This document shows, one piece after another, positions 25,366 to 34,448 of a stretch of 64,000 nucleotides of DNA. The position numbers were made by a program, and so were the translations under genes. The stretch covers positions 1 to 64,000 of IMG/VR virus record IMGVR_UViG_3300021256_000008. One strand, 5' to 3'. The notes under the pieces were generated by a model that saw only the letters and a list, made by a program, of their open reading frames with translations, was not told the DNA's origin and made no database searches. Source of the stretch: a virus (Duplodnaviria > Caudoviricetes). The first letter of the stretch is position 1, and the number at the start of each line of letters is the position of its first letter.

Positions 25366-28300
25366 TTAGTTTCCTCGTGCTTTTCTTCCGGCCATAACGC
25401 CGAGTTGACGGTCCATGCCAGTAGAAATACCACCAACAAGTCGCCCAGAATCAAGTACGACCCTCATATTCGCAATCTGTTGGCCAAGATTATCGACCTT
25501 ATTTGAAATTGCACCGACAAGATCATTCATTCTGCTGTTATCAATGCTATATTCAACTGTACCGCTGATATCTTCAGCACGAATCGCATAGTTATCCCAA
25601 AGCGAACGCATTTCGCCAGACTGCTTTATGATCTCTGCCCTCTGATCCTGGGACATTGTATATAATTTCTCTTGTGTCCTCTGGATATCCTGCCAATATG
25701 CATATTCCTCTTTGGTATTAGCTGCGGCAAGCTCGGCAGAATTGATTACTGGAGAAACTCGCGGAGAGATCTCAAAGCCTTCGCTCGCGACAACGGCTAC
25801 CTGTGACATCGCATCGGAAACCGTTGTAATCAGATTGTCGGCAAGCTGATCGCCGGCTGCAGTAAGATCAGAAGACTGATTCAAAATACCGAGAACGAGG
25901 CCGTCAACCGTATATTCACCGACAGTCATCATTTCCCTCGACGGAGACTGAATACGACCACGAGAACGAACACCCTGATCAACTTGGCTATACATCCATT
26001 CACCGGCATTAGATAAGATGCCGTCACCTTTGAATATCCCGCTGACATAACCGTACACGGTATCAAGACCAAGATACGGACCAAACTCGCCGGCTTCGTT
26101 TCCGATTCCGTTAAGAACTTGGTCCGCGGAAAACTCGCCTCCGCTAAGTAAAGAAGCCGTCCCTTCAGTGCCAGTAATTGAGCCGAGAAGCTGATTAAGA
26201 AATTCCGCTCCGCCCTCTTCGCCGGATGCACCGAGAGAATTTTTAAATTCCTGTTTAACGGATTCCAGATTTGTTCGAACTTCTTCCAGCGCCTGTTCTT
26301 TTTGAGATGCATTGCTGTAAGATTCATCAGAACCAATCGAAGAGACAGCCTGACTGGTTTCTTCTGCTGTAACCTTAATTTCTTCCAGTTTCTTCTTGAC
26401 GGATTCCATCTGAGAATAGTCTCCGCCGGCCGCTTTGAGTTCTGCATTAAATTCTTTAGTAGTAAGACCAAGATACTCACGAAGCTGCGCTTTATACTTT
26501 TCAAGGGCAGCGGCCTGAGTATTTGCATAGGTCATCATACCGTTAACTTCTTCAAGCGTTTTCTCAGAAGTTCCATTCAGAAAAGCTTCGTCTTCAGCTT
26601 TCCAATCATTAAATGCTTTTTCATACTCGGCCTTTGCATTTTCGATCGCATGCAAATATCCTTCGACATCTTTGCTGTGACCTTCAAAATACTGATCATC
26701 GAAAGCCTTTTCATTACGATCCATTTCCTGGATACCGGAATATACAGCGTAAATAAGAGCTGCAACACCGAGAATCCACCAGAAAAGACTGCTCATTGTC
26801 GCCGTAGTTGTAGCAGCCATTGTTCCGGCGGCAGCCGTCGCGCCTCCGGTTAACTTTGTGAATGCTCCGAGAATACCACCTGCGCCATTTGTTCCAATCA
26901 TTGCTGTCGAAACACGACTTGCAAGAATTAACATAACAGCGGTTGCTGTAAATAATTTTTCAGCAAAACTGGCTTCGTCCCAAACGTCGCTGATAACTTG
27001 TCGAACAACATCGAATATTGTATGGACAATACTCGTAATACTGTCGACAAACTGCCCTTTTCGTGCCTCCATGCTTGCAGCGAGCGAATTAAAGAATTGA
27101 GTAAACGCTTCTACAGCAATTTCGGTCATCTGCGGAATAATATCAAGCAAATAAAGCGCCGCGAGAACCACAATGCTTCCAAGCAGCTGAAACATACTTG
27201 GTAAATGATCAATAACTGCTTTACCGACATCTTTAAGCATTCCGCCAATACCTGCCGTCAAAGAACCTGTAAATTTCGATAATTTTGAACCGGCATTACC
27301 GAGGCTAAATAAACCTTTCAGACTTTTAACAATGGCGGCAATAGAAAGGGCAAATAAACCGAAAGCGACTGCGCCCCAGATAAAGTTCGGTGCACCGTCT
27401 TTATCCCTGATTGATTTACCAACCGAGATCAGTCCGTCTACAAATTTTGGAAATGCTTCCGAAATTGATCCAAGTGCAAACGACAAGCCAAGAAGCGCTA
27501 CCGAGAACAACGCAAAGCTTCCTGCGATTTTCAGCATTCCGCTTCCGAGTTTGCTGAGCGCTCCGCCCATGAGTAATGCCGCAAAGGCGAAGCCTGTTAA
27601 AATAATCGCCAATTCCCCAAGCGGAAGAAGATTGTCTTTAATCTTTTCCCAACTATATTTCTTTTCGAGAACGATGATGGCTCCAGCAAAAGCACCAAGG
27701 ACCGGAATCATCAGATTCAAAGCCAGGGCAAAGAGAGCCATTCCGGCCGCTATTTTGATAATGTTTCCAGAACCCTTCATGCCACCGACAGCTCCAAAAG
27801 CGGCTGCCATAAGTGCAAGAATAGCACTTATTCCGAGAAGGGCCGCCAAAGCCTTACCAAAAGTGTCGCCGGGCAAAGCTGCAAGTGCCGCCAACGGAAC
27901 AATAAGTAAACCGATTGAGAGTGCTACAAGCGCCATACTGCCGGCCATTTTCATTACGTTGGAAGACCCTTCGCCTTTGCCAAAGTGATTAAAGGCCAGA
28001 ACGACCCCGCCAAGTGCCGCGATCAGTCCGATAACACCGAGGACCGCAGCAAGAATCATATTGAGACTCTTATCTCTTGCAAACAGCGCCAGTTCCGCCA
28101 TCGGAAGCATCAGCATCTGAATGGAAAGAGCCAGTGCCAGAAACGTTAATGCTACTCCGCCGCCGTTAAACTTTGGAAGGGCGGCCATCTTTGTGACAAA
28201 CAATCCAAGCAGACCAACAAGAGCAATAAGCCCAACCATGGTTCCAATCAGAACCGCCGGATTTTCAGCAGTTACTTTTCGTACAACCGCCAGAGCAGCC

Positions 28301-31300
28301 GCAATAGAAGCAATAACCATCGCAAGCCCGAACAGCTTTGCCGCTAAACCGTTAAATACATTAACCTTCAGAGCATTTCCGATGTTGTAACTATTGTCAC
28401 CAAACTTTCCGAGAGATGACATGTGCTTCATAATCACCGACATGACAAGCATCAGAAGCCCAATAACAGTCGCCGCATGAGTAAGCTTATCCTGCGGAAT
28501 AAAGCTGAGCGCCAATAGAGCACCGGCTAAAATGCCGATAGCAGTCGCGATTTTAATGTAAGCTTCCGCTGTTACATTCTTTTTAAATGCCGTAAGAACG
28601 TCTCCGGCTTTCTCGATTGTCCCGGCAAACGCTTCCGGAATTGAAGCTATATTTTTTGTTAGGTTTTTAGTCTGTTCGACGAGCTCCGCTACTTTCGCAA
28701 GGAACACCGTCATAGCCGCAACCTTCAGAGTATTAAGAACTTTCTCAAAACTAATTTTCTGAAGCTGTTCGTGAATGCTGTTCTTAACCGTTTCAAAGAA
28801 TGTTTTAATTCTATTTTGAATTTCCGTAGTATCGCCCATGAAACCTCTGGTAATGGGTTCCACTGCATCAGACATTTCTTCAAGAGCAAGTACAACACCG
28901 GACGATTCGGGCTCAACGTCAAAGAAAATACCACGAATCCAATGATAAAGATCCTCAAGAGTGCCTATAAGATCGAATTCCTGAAAACCAGCCTTAACTG
29001 CTCTGAGAAGAGATAAGAGATAATCGAATCCGGAACCGATCGCATTTGCCATTTCGGCGCTTTCCATAAATCCCTTAAAATTCTGGGAGAAAGCAAGCGC
29101 ATGAACACTGGCTCGTTCAAGAAAATCACCGATTTTTTCAATAAGCACCGGAAGAGTGCTGTCGCGAAACTTGTCAAACAGCTCACCAATTCGACCTGAG
29201 GCCTGAGTAAGTGGGCCGCCGAACGACTCAAAAATTGTCCGAAATGCAGCGCCGAAATTTTCAAGAATAGGACGGTCTCCGATAGCCCCGATCGCAGATC
29301 CAAGAGCTTCGGCCACGGACATAATTCCGCGGAATGCCCCTCCGCCGATTTTTCCAGCAAAACTGATGGCAGTTCCAAAGGCTTTTACAACACTGAGCAG
29401 AACACTGAATACCGTTGTAAGGCCGGAAATCGTTCCTTCGCCAGGCTGTAGAGCAAGGGTAAAATCATGAAAACCCTTGACTAGACGGAAAAGACCGTTT
29501 GCAATATGTTCTTCATCGCCGAAGACTTTCGTGAATCCGCCTCTGAAAGCCTTCTGTACAGCCATAAATGCATCGATGATGTTAAGTAGACCCTGACGGA
29601 AATATTCTCCGCCGTTCATCGCCTTCTGGCTTGCTTCATCTACTTCCGTAATACCGTGAACGACCGCATCATATAGATCTTCGTACGTCTCAATAGATTC
29701 GGCGGCATCGTCTGCGGCCTGAGAAGTCTGCTCAAGATACTCAGCGAACGTATTAGCACCAAGCCGACTTCCGAGATTATTATACTGATAATACAGCTCC
29801 ATCCATTCGATGAGCTGCTCATCACTCATATTGAGGCCGCCCCATTTAAGATCGCCCGCCATAGCCTGCATGAGCTCATAGTCATAGCCCATTTCTTCAA
29901 GCATCTTGCGGCGCTCTTCACCATTGCCATAATCGCCTCGTAGAACGCCAATCGCAACCTCACGCATCTCCTGAAGAGAGTGCGTAGCATGCTGGACAGC
30001 AGCATCAGTTTCGGTCAGCGCATCATCGCTGGATCCAAAAAGTGCGTCCATGGCCTGTCTAAAGAGATCTGCGGAAATGCCGCCTTTTTTAAGAGCGTCG
30101 TCTACGCCGTTAAAGTTTTCAATGGCATCGATTGCGGCTCTATCGGCAACGCTGTAAAGAGCTTTCTCGAAGTCTTCCATGGTTTTACCGGAAGATTCCA
30201 GTCTCTTTTCAAAGCGTTCCCATCCGCCGGCTAGATTTTTAACAGCGTTCTGTCCTTTGGTTGTGGCATCACTTTTTCCGAATGCCATAGAAAGAATACT
30301 GTTTCTGGTCTCGCCACCGACAGCAAAAATATCGTAAAATCGGTTTGCAATATCGGTCCAAAACTTTGTGGCCGTTTCTGCATCTCCGAAGAGATGCTCA
30401 AACGTATTCATCCAGCCGGTGGAAACTGCATCCTTGACTGAGTCAACCACATCACCCCAGGTTCTGGCGTTCTGACCCGCCTTGAGCGCTTTCAGAGAGA
30501 ACTCATCTAGATCATAACCGAGGCGCTGAAAAGCTTCATCCAGAGTGATACCGAGTTCTGTAGCCAAAGACTTCGCATTGTTTTCAAGCTCTATCATGGC
30601 TTCCGAAGCCGTGTCGATGCTCATGTCCCCCATGTATCTACGAATTTCTTTAACAGCTTTAGAATATTTGTTAAAGACATTCATCATAACATCGGAACTA
30701 AACCATGATGTTCTGCTCAAGGCATCGGAAGAAAACAGACCGGCCAGATCAAAGGATTGACCGGCTTTTGCGGTTTTGTCCGTGGTTTCCCAAAGACCGT
30801 CTGCAACCTGTTTTAAATATCCAAGCTCTACTGCGGCTGCGGCGGCTTGTTTACGAAATTCCTGAGTATCCATGGAGGCGTTCTGAATTGACTTATAGTC
30901 GTCATATTTCAGGGCGCCTTTACCCATGGCCTGTGACAGCTGATACATTGCCATGGAAGCTTTTGTGGCGTTCTGACCTGATACTGCGGCCCAAAGCGCG
31001 ATACCCTCCATAGCAGTCACAGACTGATCAAGATCCTGGCCGGTCGCCGTGAATTTCGCGATGTTACCGACCATATCAGTGAAGTTATAGCTAGTTTCAT
31101 CGGTAAACCAGTTCAGGTCTTCCATAAGCTTATTGACTTTTTCAAGCTCATATCCCTGCGCGGTTAACGTCGAAACGGCAGTAGTCTTTTCACCGAACTT
31201 CCCCATGCCCTGCATAATTGGGTCAATGGTAAAGCTCTTGATGGTTCTGGTCGCGAAATTATAAACACTGTCAGTTAAGTTGGAAATAACGCGCATTCCG

Positions 31301-31539
31301 ACGATTTCAAGAGCCGAGAAGCCTTCTTTGATCTTCTCAAGTCCTGAAACCATCGGATTAGCGTCAAACTTGGAAACCGATTCGGTCATGTCATCGAAAG
31401 CTTTGGAATCACTCTTCAGATGAAGTGCCCGCTCCAATTTCTCAAGTGTCGATATTGTTTTATGAGCGCCTTCTTCAAATCCTTTGTTGTCAAGTCGCAT
31501 TTCTACGACGCGCTCATCAACAGTTCTTGCGTTCGGCAT
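25366..31539 (-). CDS. Tape measure protein
   Basis: 2057 aa, VDERVVEMRLDNKGF start, helical repeats, hydrophobic TM-rich middle. Confidence 0.93.
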   Translation of the reverse strand: MPNARTVDERVVEMRLDNKGFEEGAHKTISTLEKLERALHLKSDSKAFDDMTESVSKFDANPMVSGLEKIKEGFSALEIVGMRVISNLTDSVYNFATRTIKSFTIDPIMQGMGKFGEKTTAVSTLTAQGYELEKVNKLMEDLNWFTDETSYNFTDMVGNIAKFTATGQDLDQSVTAMEGIALWAAVSGQNATKASMAMYQLSQAMGKGALKYDDYKSIQNASMDTQEFRKQAAAAAVELGYLKQVADGLWETTDKTAKAGQSFDLAGLFSSDALSRTSWFSSDVMMNVFNKYSKAVKEIRRYMGDMSIDTASEAMIELENNAKSLATELGITLDEAFQRLGYDLDEFSLKALKAGQNARTWGDVVDSVKDAVSTGWMNTFEHLFGDAETATKFWTDIANRFYDIFAVGGETRNSILSMAFGKSDATTKGQNAVKNLAGGWERFEKRLESSGKTMEDFEKALYSVADRAAIDAIENFNGVDDALKKGGISADLFRQAMDALFGSSDDALTETDAAVQHATHSLQEMREVAIGVLRGDYGNGEERRKMLEEMGYDYELMQAMAGDLKWGGLNMSDEQLIEWMELYYQYNNLGSRLGANTFAEYLEQTSQAADDAAESIETYEDLYDAVVHGITEVDEASQKAMNGGEYFRQGLLNIIDAFMAVQKAFRGGFTKVFGDEEHIANGLFRLVKGFHDFTLALQPGEGTISGLTTVFSVLLSVVKAFGTAISFAGKIGGGAFRGIMSVAEALGSAIGAIGDRPILENFGAAFRTIFESFGGPLTQASGRIGELFDKFRDSTLPVLIEKIGDFLERASVHALAFSQNFKGFMESAEMANAIGSGFDYLLSLLRAVKAGFQEFDLIGTLEDLYHWIRGIFFDVEPESSGVVLALEEMSDAVEPITRGFMGDTTEIQNRIKTFFETVKNSIHEQLQKISFEKVLNTLKVAAMTVFLAKVAELVEQTKNLTKNIASIPEAFAGTIEKAGDVLTAFKKNVTAEAYIKIATAIGILAGALLALSFIPQDKLTHAATVIGLLMLVMSVIMKHMSSLGKFGDNSYNIGNALKVNVFNGLAAKLFGLAMVIASIAAALAVVRKVTAENPAVLIGTMVGLIALVGLLGLFVTKMAALPKFNGGGVALTFLALALSIQMLMLPMAELALFARDKSLNMILAAVLGVIGLIAALGGVVLAFNHFGKGEGSSNVMKMAGSMALVALSIGLLIVPLAALAALPGDTFGKALAALLGISAILALMAAAFGAVGGMKGSGNIIKIAAGMALFALALNLMIPVLGAFAGAIIVLEKKYSWEKIKDNLLPLGELAIILTGFAFAALLMGGALSKLGSGMLKIAGSFALFSVALLGLSFALGSISEAFPKFVDGLISVGKSIRDKDGAPNFIWGAVAFGLFALSIAAIVKSLKGLFSLGNAGSKLSKFTGSLTAGIGGMLKDVGKAVIDHLPSMFQLLGSIVVLAALYLLDIIPQMTEIAVEAFTQFFNSLAASMEARKGQFVDSITSIVHTIFDVVRQVISDVWDEASFAEKLFTATAVMLILASRVSTAMIGTNGAGGILGAFTKLTGGATAAAGTMAATTTATMSSLFWWILGVAALIYAVYSGIQEMDRNEKAFDDQYFEGHSKDVEGYLHAIENAKAEYEKAFNDWKAEDEAFLNGTSEKTLEEVNGMMTYANTQAAALEKYKAQLREYLGLTTKEFNAELKAAGGDYSQMESVKKKLEEIKVTAEETSQAVSSIGSDESYSNASQKEQALEEVRTNLESVKQEFKNSLGASGEEGGAEFLNQLLGSITGTEGTASLLSGGEFSADQVLNGIGNEAGEFGPYLGLDTVYGYVSGIFKGDGILSNAGEWMYSQVDQGVRSRGRIQSPSREMMTVGEYTVDGLVLGILNQSSDLTAAGDQLADNLITTVSDAMSQVAVVASEGFEISPRVSPVINSAELAAANTKEEYAYWQDIQRTQEKLYTMSQDQRAEIIKQSGEMRSLWDNYAIRAEDISGTVEYSIDNSRMNDLVGAISNKVDNLGQQIANMRVVLDSGRLVGGISTGMDRQLGVMAGRKARGN

Positions 31540-31541
31540 TG

Positions 31542-31916
31542 TTACTTTGCAACCTCCTTCCAGGCAGCATCTGCAATACGATCAAATACAGGCTGAATGG
31601 CAGGAGAAATATAATGCCTGCCCTGAACAAATCCTCCGTTGGCGGTACCATGGCCATAATCAAGAATAACCGCGATCGGTACACCGTCATTGAAGTTGTC
31701 GTTTGTCCAGAAAATACTGACGGTTCCTGGTTTCCGAACAATCTCGTAATCCCAGGATGCCGCCGTCTTACCCGTAACTTTCGGGGTTGCGTCGGAAAGA
31801 GCCTTGACTCCTTCTTCTGCATATTTAATAAGAGAGCTTTCAAAATCCAGTTTCCGGATGCGATTCAGAAAGCTGGTTGTCTTTTTGAAATCTCCTTTAA
31901 CCGTACACCGGATCAT
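31542..31916 (-). CDS. HK97 gp10-like tail completion protein
   Basis: ATPKVTGKTAASW...ILDYGHGT..GG.VQGRHYISPAIQPVFD. Confidence 0.75.
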   Translation of the reverse strand: MIRCTVKGDFKKTTSFLNRIRKLDFESSLIKYAEEGVKALSDATPKVTGKTAASWDYEIVRKPGTVSIFWTNDNFNDGVPIAVILDYGHGTANGGFVQGRHYISPAIQPVFDRIADAAWKEVAK

Positions 31917-31929
31917 TTTTAAGCTCCTT

Positions 31930-32475
31930 TTATCCTCTTGTGTTATATTTGGCTCGCCGCTGTGCATTTAAAGCTGACCATTCGGCGGCGAGTTCCTGTC
32001 TGCCTCGTTTCTTAGGTGCCTGGCTCTTAACCGCGCATGTTTCAATCAAGGTTAACAGGTGGTTTAAATGCCATTTAGCGCACGGATCAAACGGGATATT
32101 GTAATAAGTCATCCAGAAATAAATCAGCTCATTGGTCATGCTTTCTCGAGGCGGACGCTGCGGTCGTTTCGGGAACACCGTGGCAGTTTGCGAATCGGCA
32201 ATATAGTCTGCAATCCGCTTCTTCATTCTTTGATCGATCGCATAGAACACGTTGGGATCCACGTTTCTGGTGGTGCACATGCATCGAATGTAATCCGTGA
32301 ATTCTTCATCAGTTTTCGGTTTTCTGGAAAGATAAGCCTTATGCCATTTAGCTTCCCATTTTGAAATGCTGATGAGGCTGTGTTCCAGTTCAAGCTTTGT
32401 ATATTTTGTCACTACAAAGCGATTGATCCGTTCGTCATAAAATTCTTTTTCCGGAATGACAAGCGGAAGCGGCAT
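31930..32475 (-). CDS. Tail assembly chaperone (downstream, gpT-like)
   Basis: Position between the first chaperone and tape measure gene; TNELIYFWM...IPF...KWHLNHLLTLI. Confidence 0.6.
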   Translation of the reverse strand: MPLPLVIPEKEFYDERINRFVVTKYTKLELEHSLISISKWEAKWHKAYLSRKPKTDEEFTDYIRCMCTTRNVDPNVFYAIDQRMKKRIADYIADSQTATVFPKRPQRPPRESMTNELIYFWMTYYNIPFDPCAKWHLNHLLTLIETCAVKSQAPKKRGRQELAAEWSALNAQRRAKYNTRG

Positions 32476-32481
32476 TGCCGT

Positions 32482-32976
32482 TTAAGCCTGCTGAGCAGTC
32501 GAGAGTTCCTTCAGTTCCTGAAGATTCACGCCCTGCTCAAGCAGAAGCTTCTCCGCTTCTTCCTTTTGTCCTTCATCCATGTTCGGAAGGATGCTGTCTG
32601 CAAAATCATTCAGACTTTCTTTTCCGGTAAGCAGATCAAATACGAAATTATCGTATGCCGGCGTTCCGCGGAATTTCTGTGCATAAGATCTTCCATAGTC
32701 ATCTTCTTTCAGAAACAGGCTCGGGTCTTCCTTCGGACGGACACCGTATGCCTTGGAAACAAGAACCCGGACAAAGCGAACAAAAGTGTCTTTCGGCGGC
32801 TCGTTCGGATGTTCCTTGGAATCCTTGATGAGGGACGTAAGATATGAGATCAGACCGCCCTGATCTTCAAAAGCTCTGTCGAGATCGATGCAGTCGTTCT
32901 TACTAAGGTTAAAATACGCGTCAATTGTCTTTTCATTTCCGTCATAATCGACATAATTAAATACTTTATGAAGCAT
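32482..32976 (-). CDS. Tail assembly chaperone (gpG-like)
   Basis: Position after major tail gene; YVDYDGNE...YFNLSK. Confidence 0.65.
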   Translation of the reverse strand: MLHKVFNYVDYDGNEKTIDAYFNLSKNDCIDLDRAFEDQGGLISYLTSLIKDSKEHPNEPPKDTFVRFVRVLVSKAYGVRPKEDPSLFLKEDDYGRSYAQKFRGTPAYDNFVFDLLTGKESLNDFADSILPNMDEGQKEEAEKLLLEQGVNLQELKELSTAQQA

Positions 32977-33000
32977 TGCTCATTTTCTCCTTTCGTATAA

Positions 33001-33030
33001 AAAGAGAGGCTCCCATTTCTGAGAGCCTCT
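33001..33030 (-). terminator. Intrinsic terminator after major tail gene
   Basis: AGAGGCTC-N-GAGCCTCT hairpin with U-tract on minus. Confidence 0.75.
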
Positions 33031-33047
33031 GAAATATAAATCTGGGA

Positions 33048-33743
33048 TCAGGAAGCGTTCTGAATAATGGTAAGAACTTCGTCAGGCAGAGGCAGACGGG
33101 GCGCGGTTCCGGTTCCGCTGCCCTCACCGTCTGTGCCGTAAAGCACGTCTTCGATCGCCTTCAGCTTAACATTCTTTTTGCCATCCTGCTGGGGCGGGAA
33201 CTTTGTGGAATCAATAACCATCATAGCGGTGGGCTTATGACCAGTCACAGCAACGGGGATGGTATCGACTTCCCAACTGAACTGAACAGCTTCGGGACTA
33301 TCATTGATGGTCTGATAGCTCTTTTCGGACGGGGAAGCGGTGGCGCCCCAGACCAGATGAATCTTGTAGCCGTAATCTTCGTACTTGGTATCGTTACCGA
33401 TCGTGGTGACCCAGCTAAAGCCGAAGGGCTTACGAGGCTGCTGACCGATGGTAACGCCATCCATAAGGGTGGCGGAGCCGTCGCATTCTGCAAATTCGTC
33501 CGGATATGTATAGGCCTCGATGGTGGCCTTGTAGTTCTCCGCGCTGCGAATAGAAAGATACTTGATATCGTCGGCGTAGATATCATTCGCTTCGGCACCG
33601 TCCGGAGAATCCGTAACCGCGCTCAGGCCGTTCCAAGCGACACCGGTGGAATAAACGCCGTTTTCCTGAAGATAAAGAACACCCTGCTTGGTACCGGTTT
33701 CATAAAACCGTTCACCGACGGCATCCCATGTAAGTTTACTCAT
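33048..33743 (-). CDS. Major tail protein
   Basis: YETGTKQGVLY...GVAWNGLSAVT...YADDIKY...TIEAYTYPDEF. Confidence 0.9.
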   Translation of the reverse strand: MSKLTWDAVGERFYETGTKQGVLYLQENGVYSTGVAWNGLSAVTDSPDGAEANDIYADDIKYLSIRSAENYKATIEAYTYPDEFAECDGSATLMDGVTIGQQPRKPFGFSWVTTIGNDTKYEDYGYKIHLVWGATASPSEKSYQTINDSPEAVQFSWEVDTIPVAVTGHKPTAMMVIDSTKFPPQQDGKKNVKLKAIEDVLYGTDGEGSGTGTAPRLPLPDEVLTIIQNAS

Positions 33744-33757
33744 GTGAGTTGTCCTCC

Positions 33758-34078
33758 TTAATAATAGATGGTAAATGGAAAGTGATAGAGATTATCAGTT
33801 ACCGTGGGCCTACCAGGAGAGCAGTAGCTGAAATGCTTCAGTATGGCTCTCGGTAGCGCCGTTTCAGCATCTCTGCTGATCACCATGACCTGGTACTGAT
33901 CACGAACGATATAGTTTTTGTCATTGGCTTTTACAGTGTCATAACCAGTCCGCTGGTAAACCACTGCGTCATATTTCATGCGAACCGATTCTGGTGGCTC
34001 AAAGTAAGTATGCTGATAACCGAGAATTTCTTGCTGCAGATCCCGCAGTTCTTGATCAAGTTTCAGGCGTCGGTCCAT
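33758..34078 (-). CDS. Tail terminator-like protein
   Basis: YFEPPESVRMKYDAVVY...Y.VMVISRD. Confidence 0.7.
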   Translation of the reverse strand: MDRRLKLDQELRDLQQEILGYQHTYFEPPESVRMKYDAVVYQRTGYDTVKANDKNYIVRDQYQVMVISRDAETALPRAILKHFSYCSPGRPTVTDNLYHFPFTIYY

Positions 34079-34394
34079 TGTAGAGCCCTCCAAATGAAAT
34101 TCTGAGCCGCGGGTATTCAACCATTACGCTCTGCACTTCCCATAACGTGTTCATAAACTCAACGTACTTCATGGACGAGAAGTGATTCAGCGCGTATGGA
34201 TCTGCAACGATGGAAATATCATTGTTAATGGTAAAATCATCAACAGTCTTGTCGGCATTCTGCGTTTTCGCGTAATTTTTCAGAAGCTCGCCGGCGTAAT
34301 ATCGCTCTTCAAGTTTCGGTTCGTAACGACTCGGGCGTTCCGCCATCTCAGCATCTGTTTTTAGAAAGCCGATTTTTCCATAAAAACGTGCCAT
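34056..34394 (-). CDS. Head closure/stopper-like protein
   Basis: MARFYGKIGF...ISIVADPYA...KYVEFM...WEV..V..EYPRL; follows capsid gene. Confidence 0.7.
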   Translation of the reverse strand: MARFYGKIGFLKTDAEMAERPSRYEPKLEERYYAGELLKNYAKTQNADKTVDDFTINNDISIVADPYALNHFSSMKYVEFMNTLWEVQSVMVEYPRLRISFGGLYNGPTPET

Positions 34395-34448
34395 AAAATC
34401 ACTTCTCTTCCATTTTGATTAGTTTCGTCTAACCGCTGATTAAAACGA

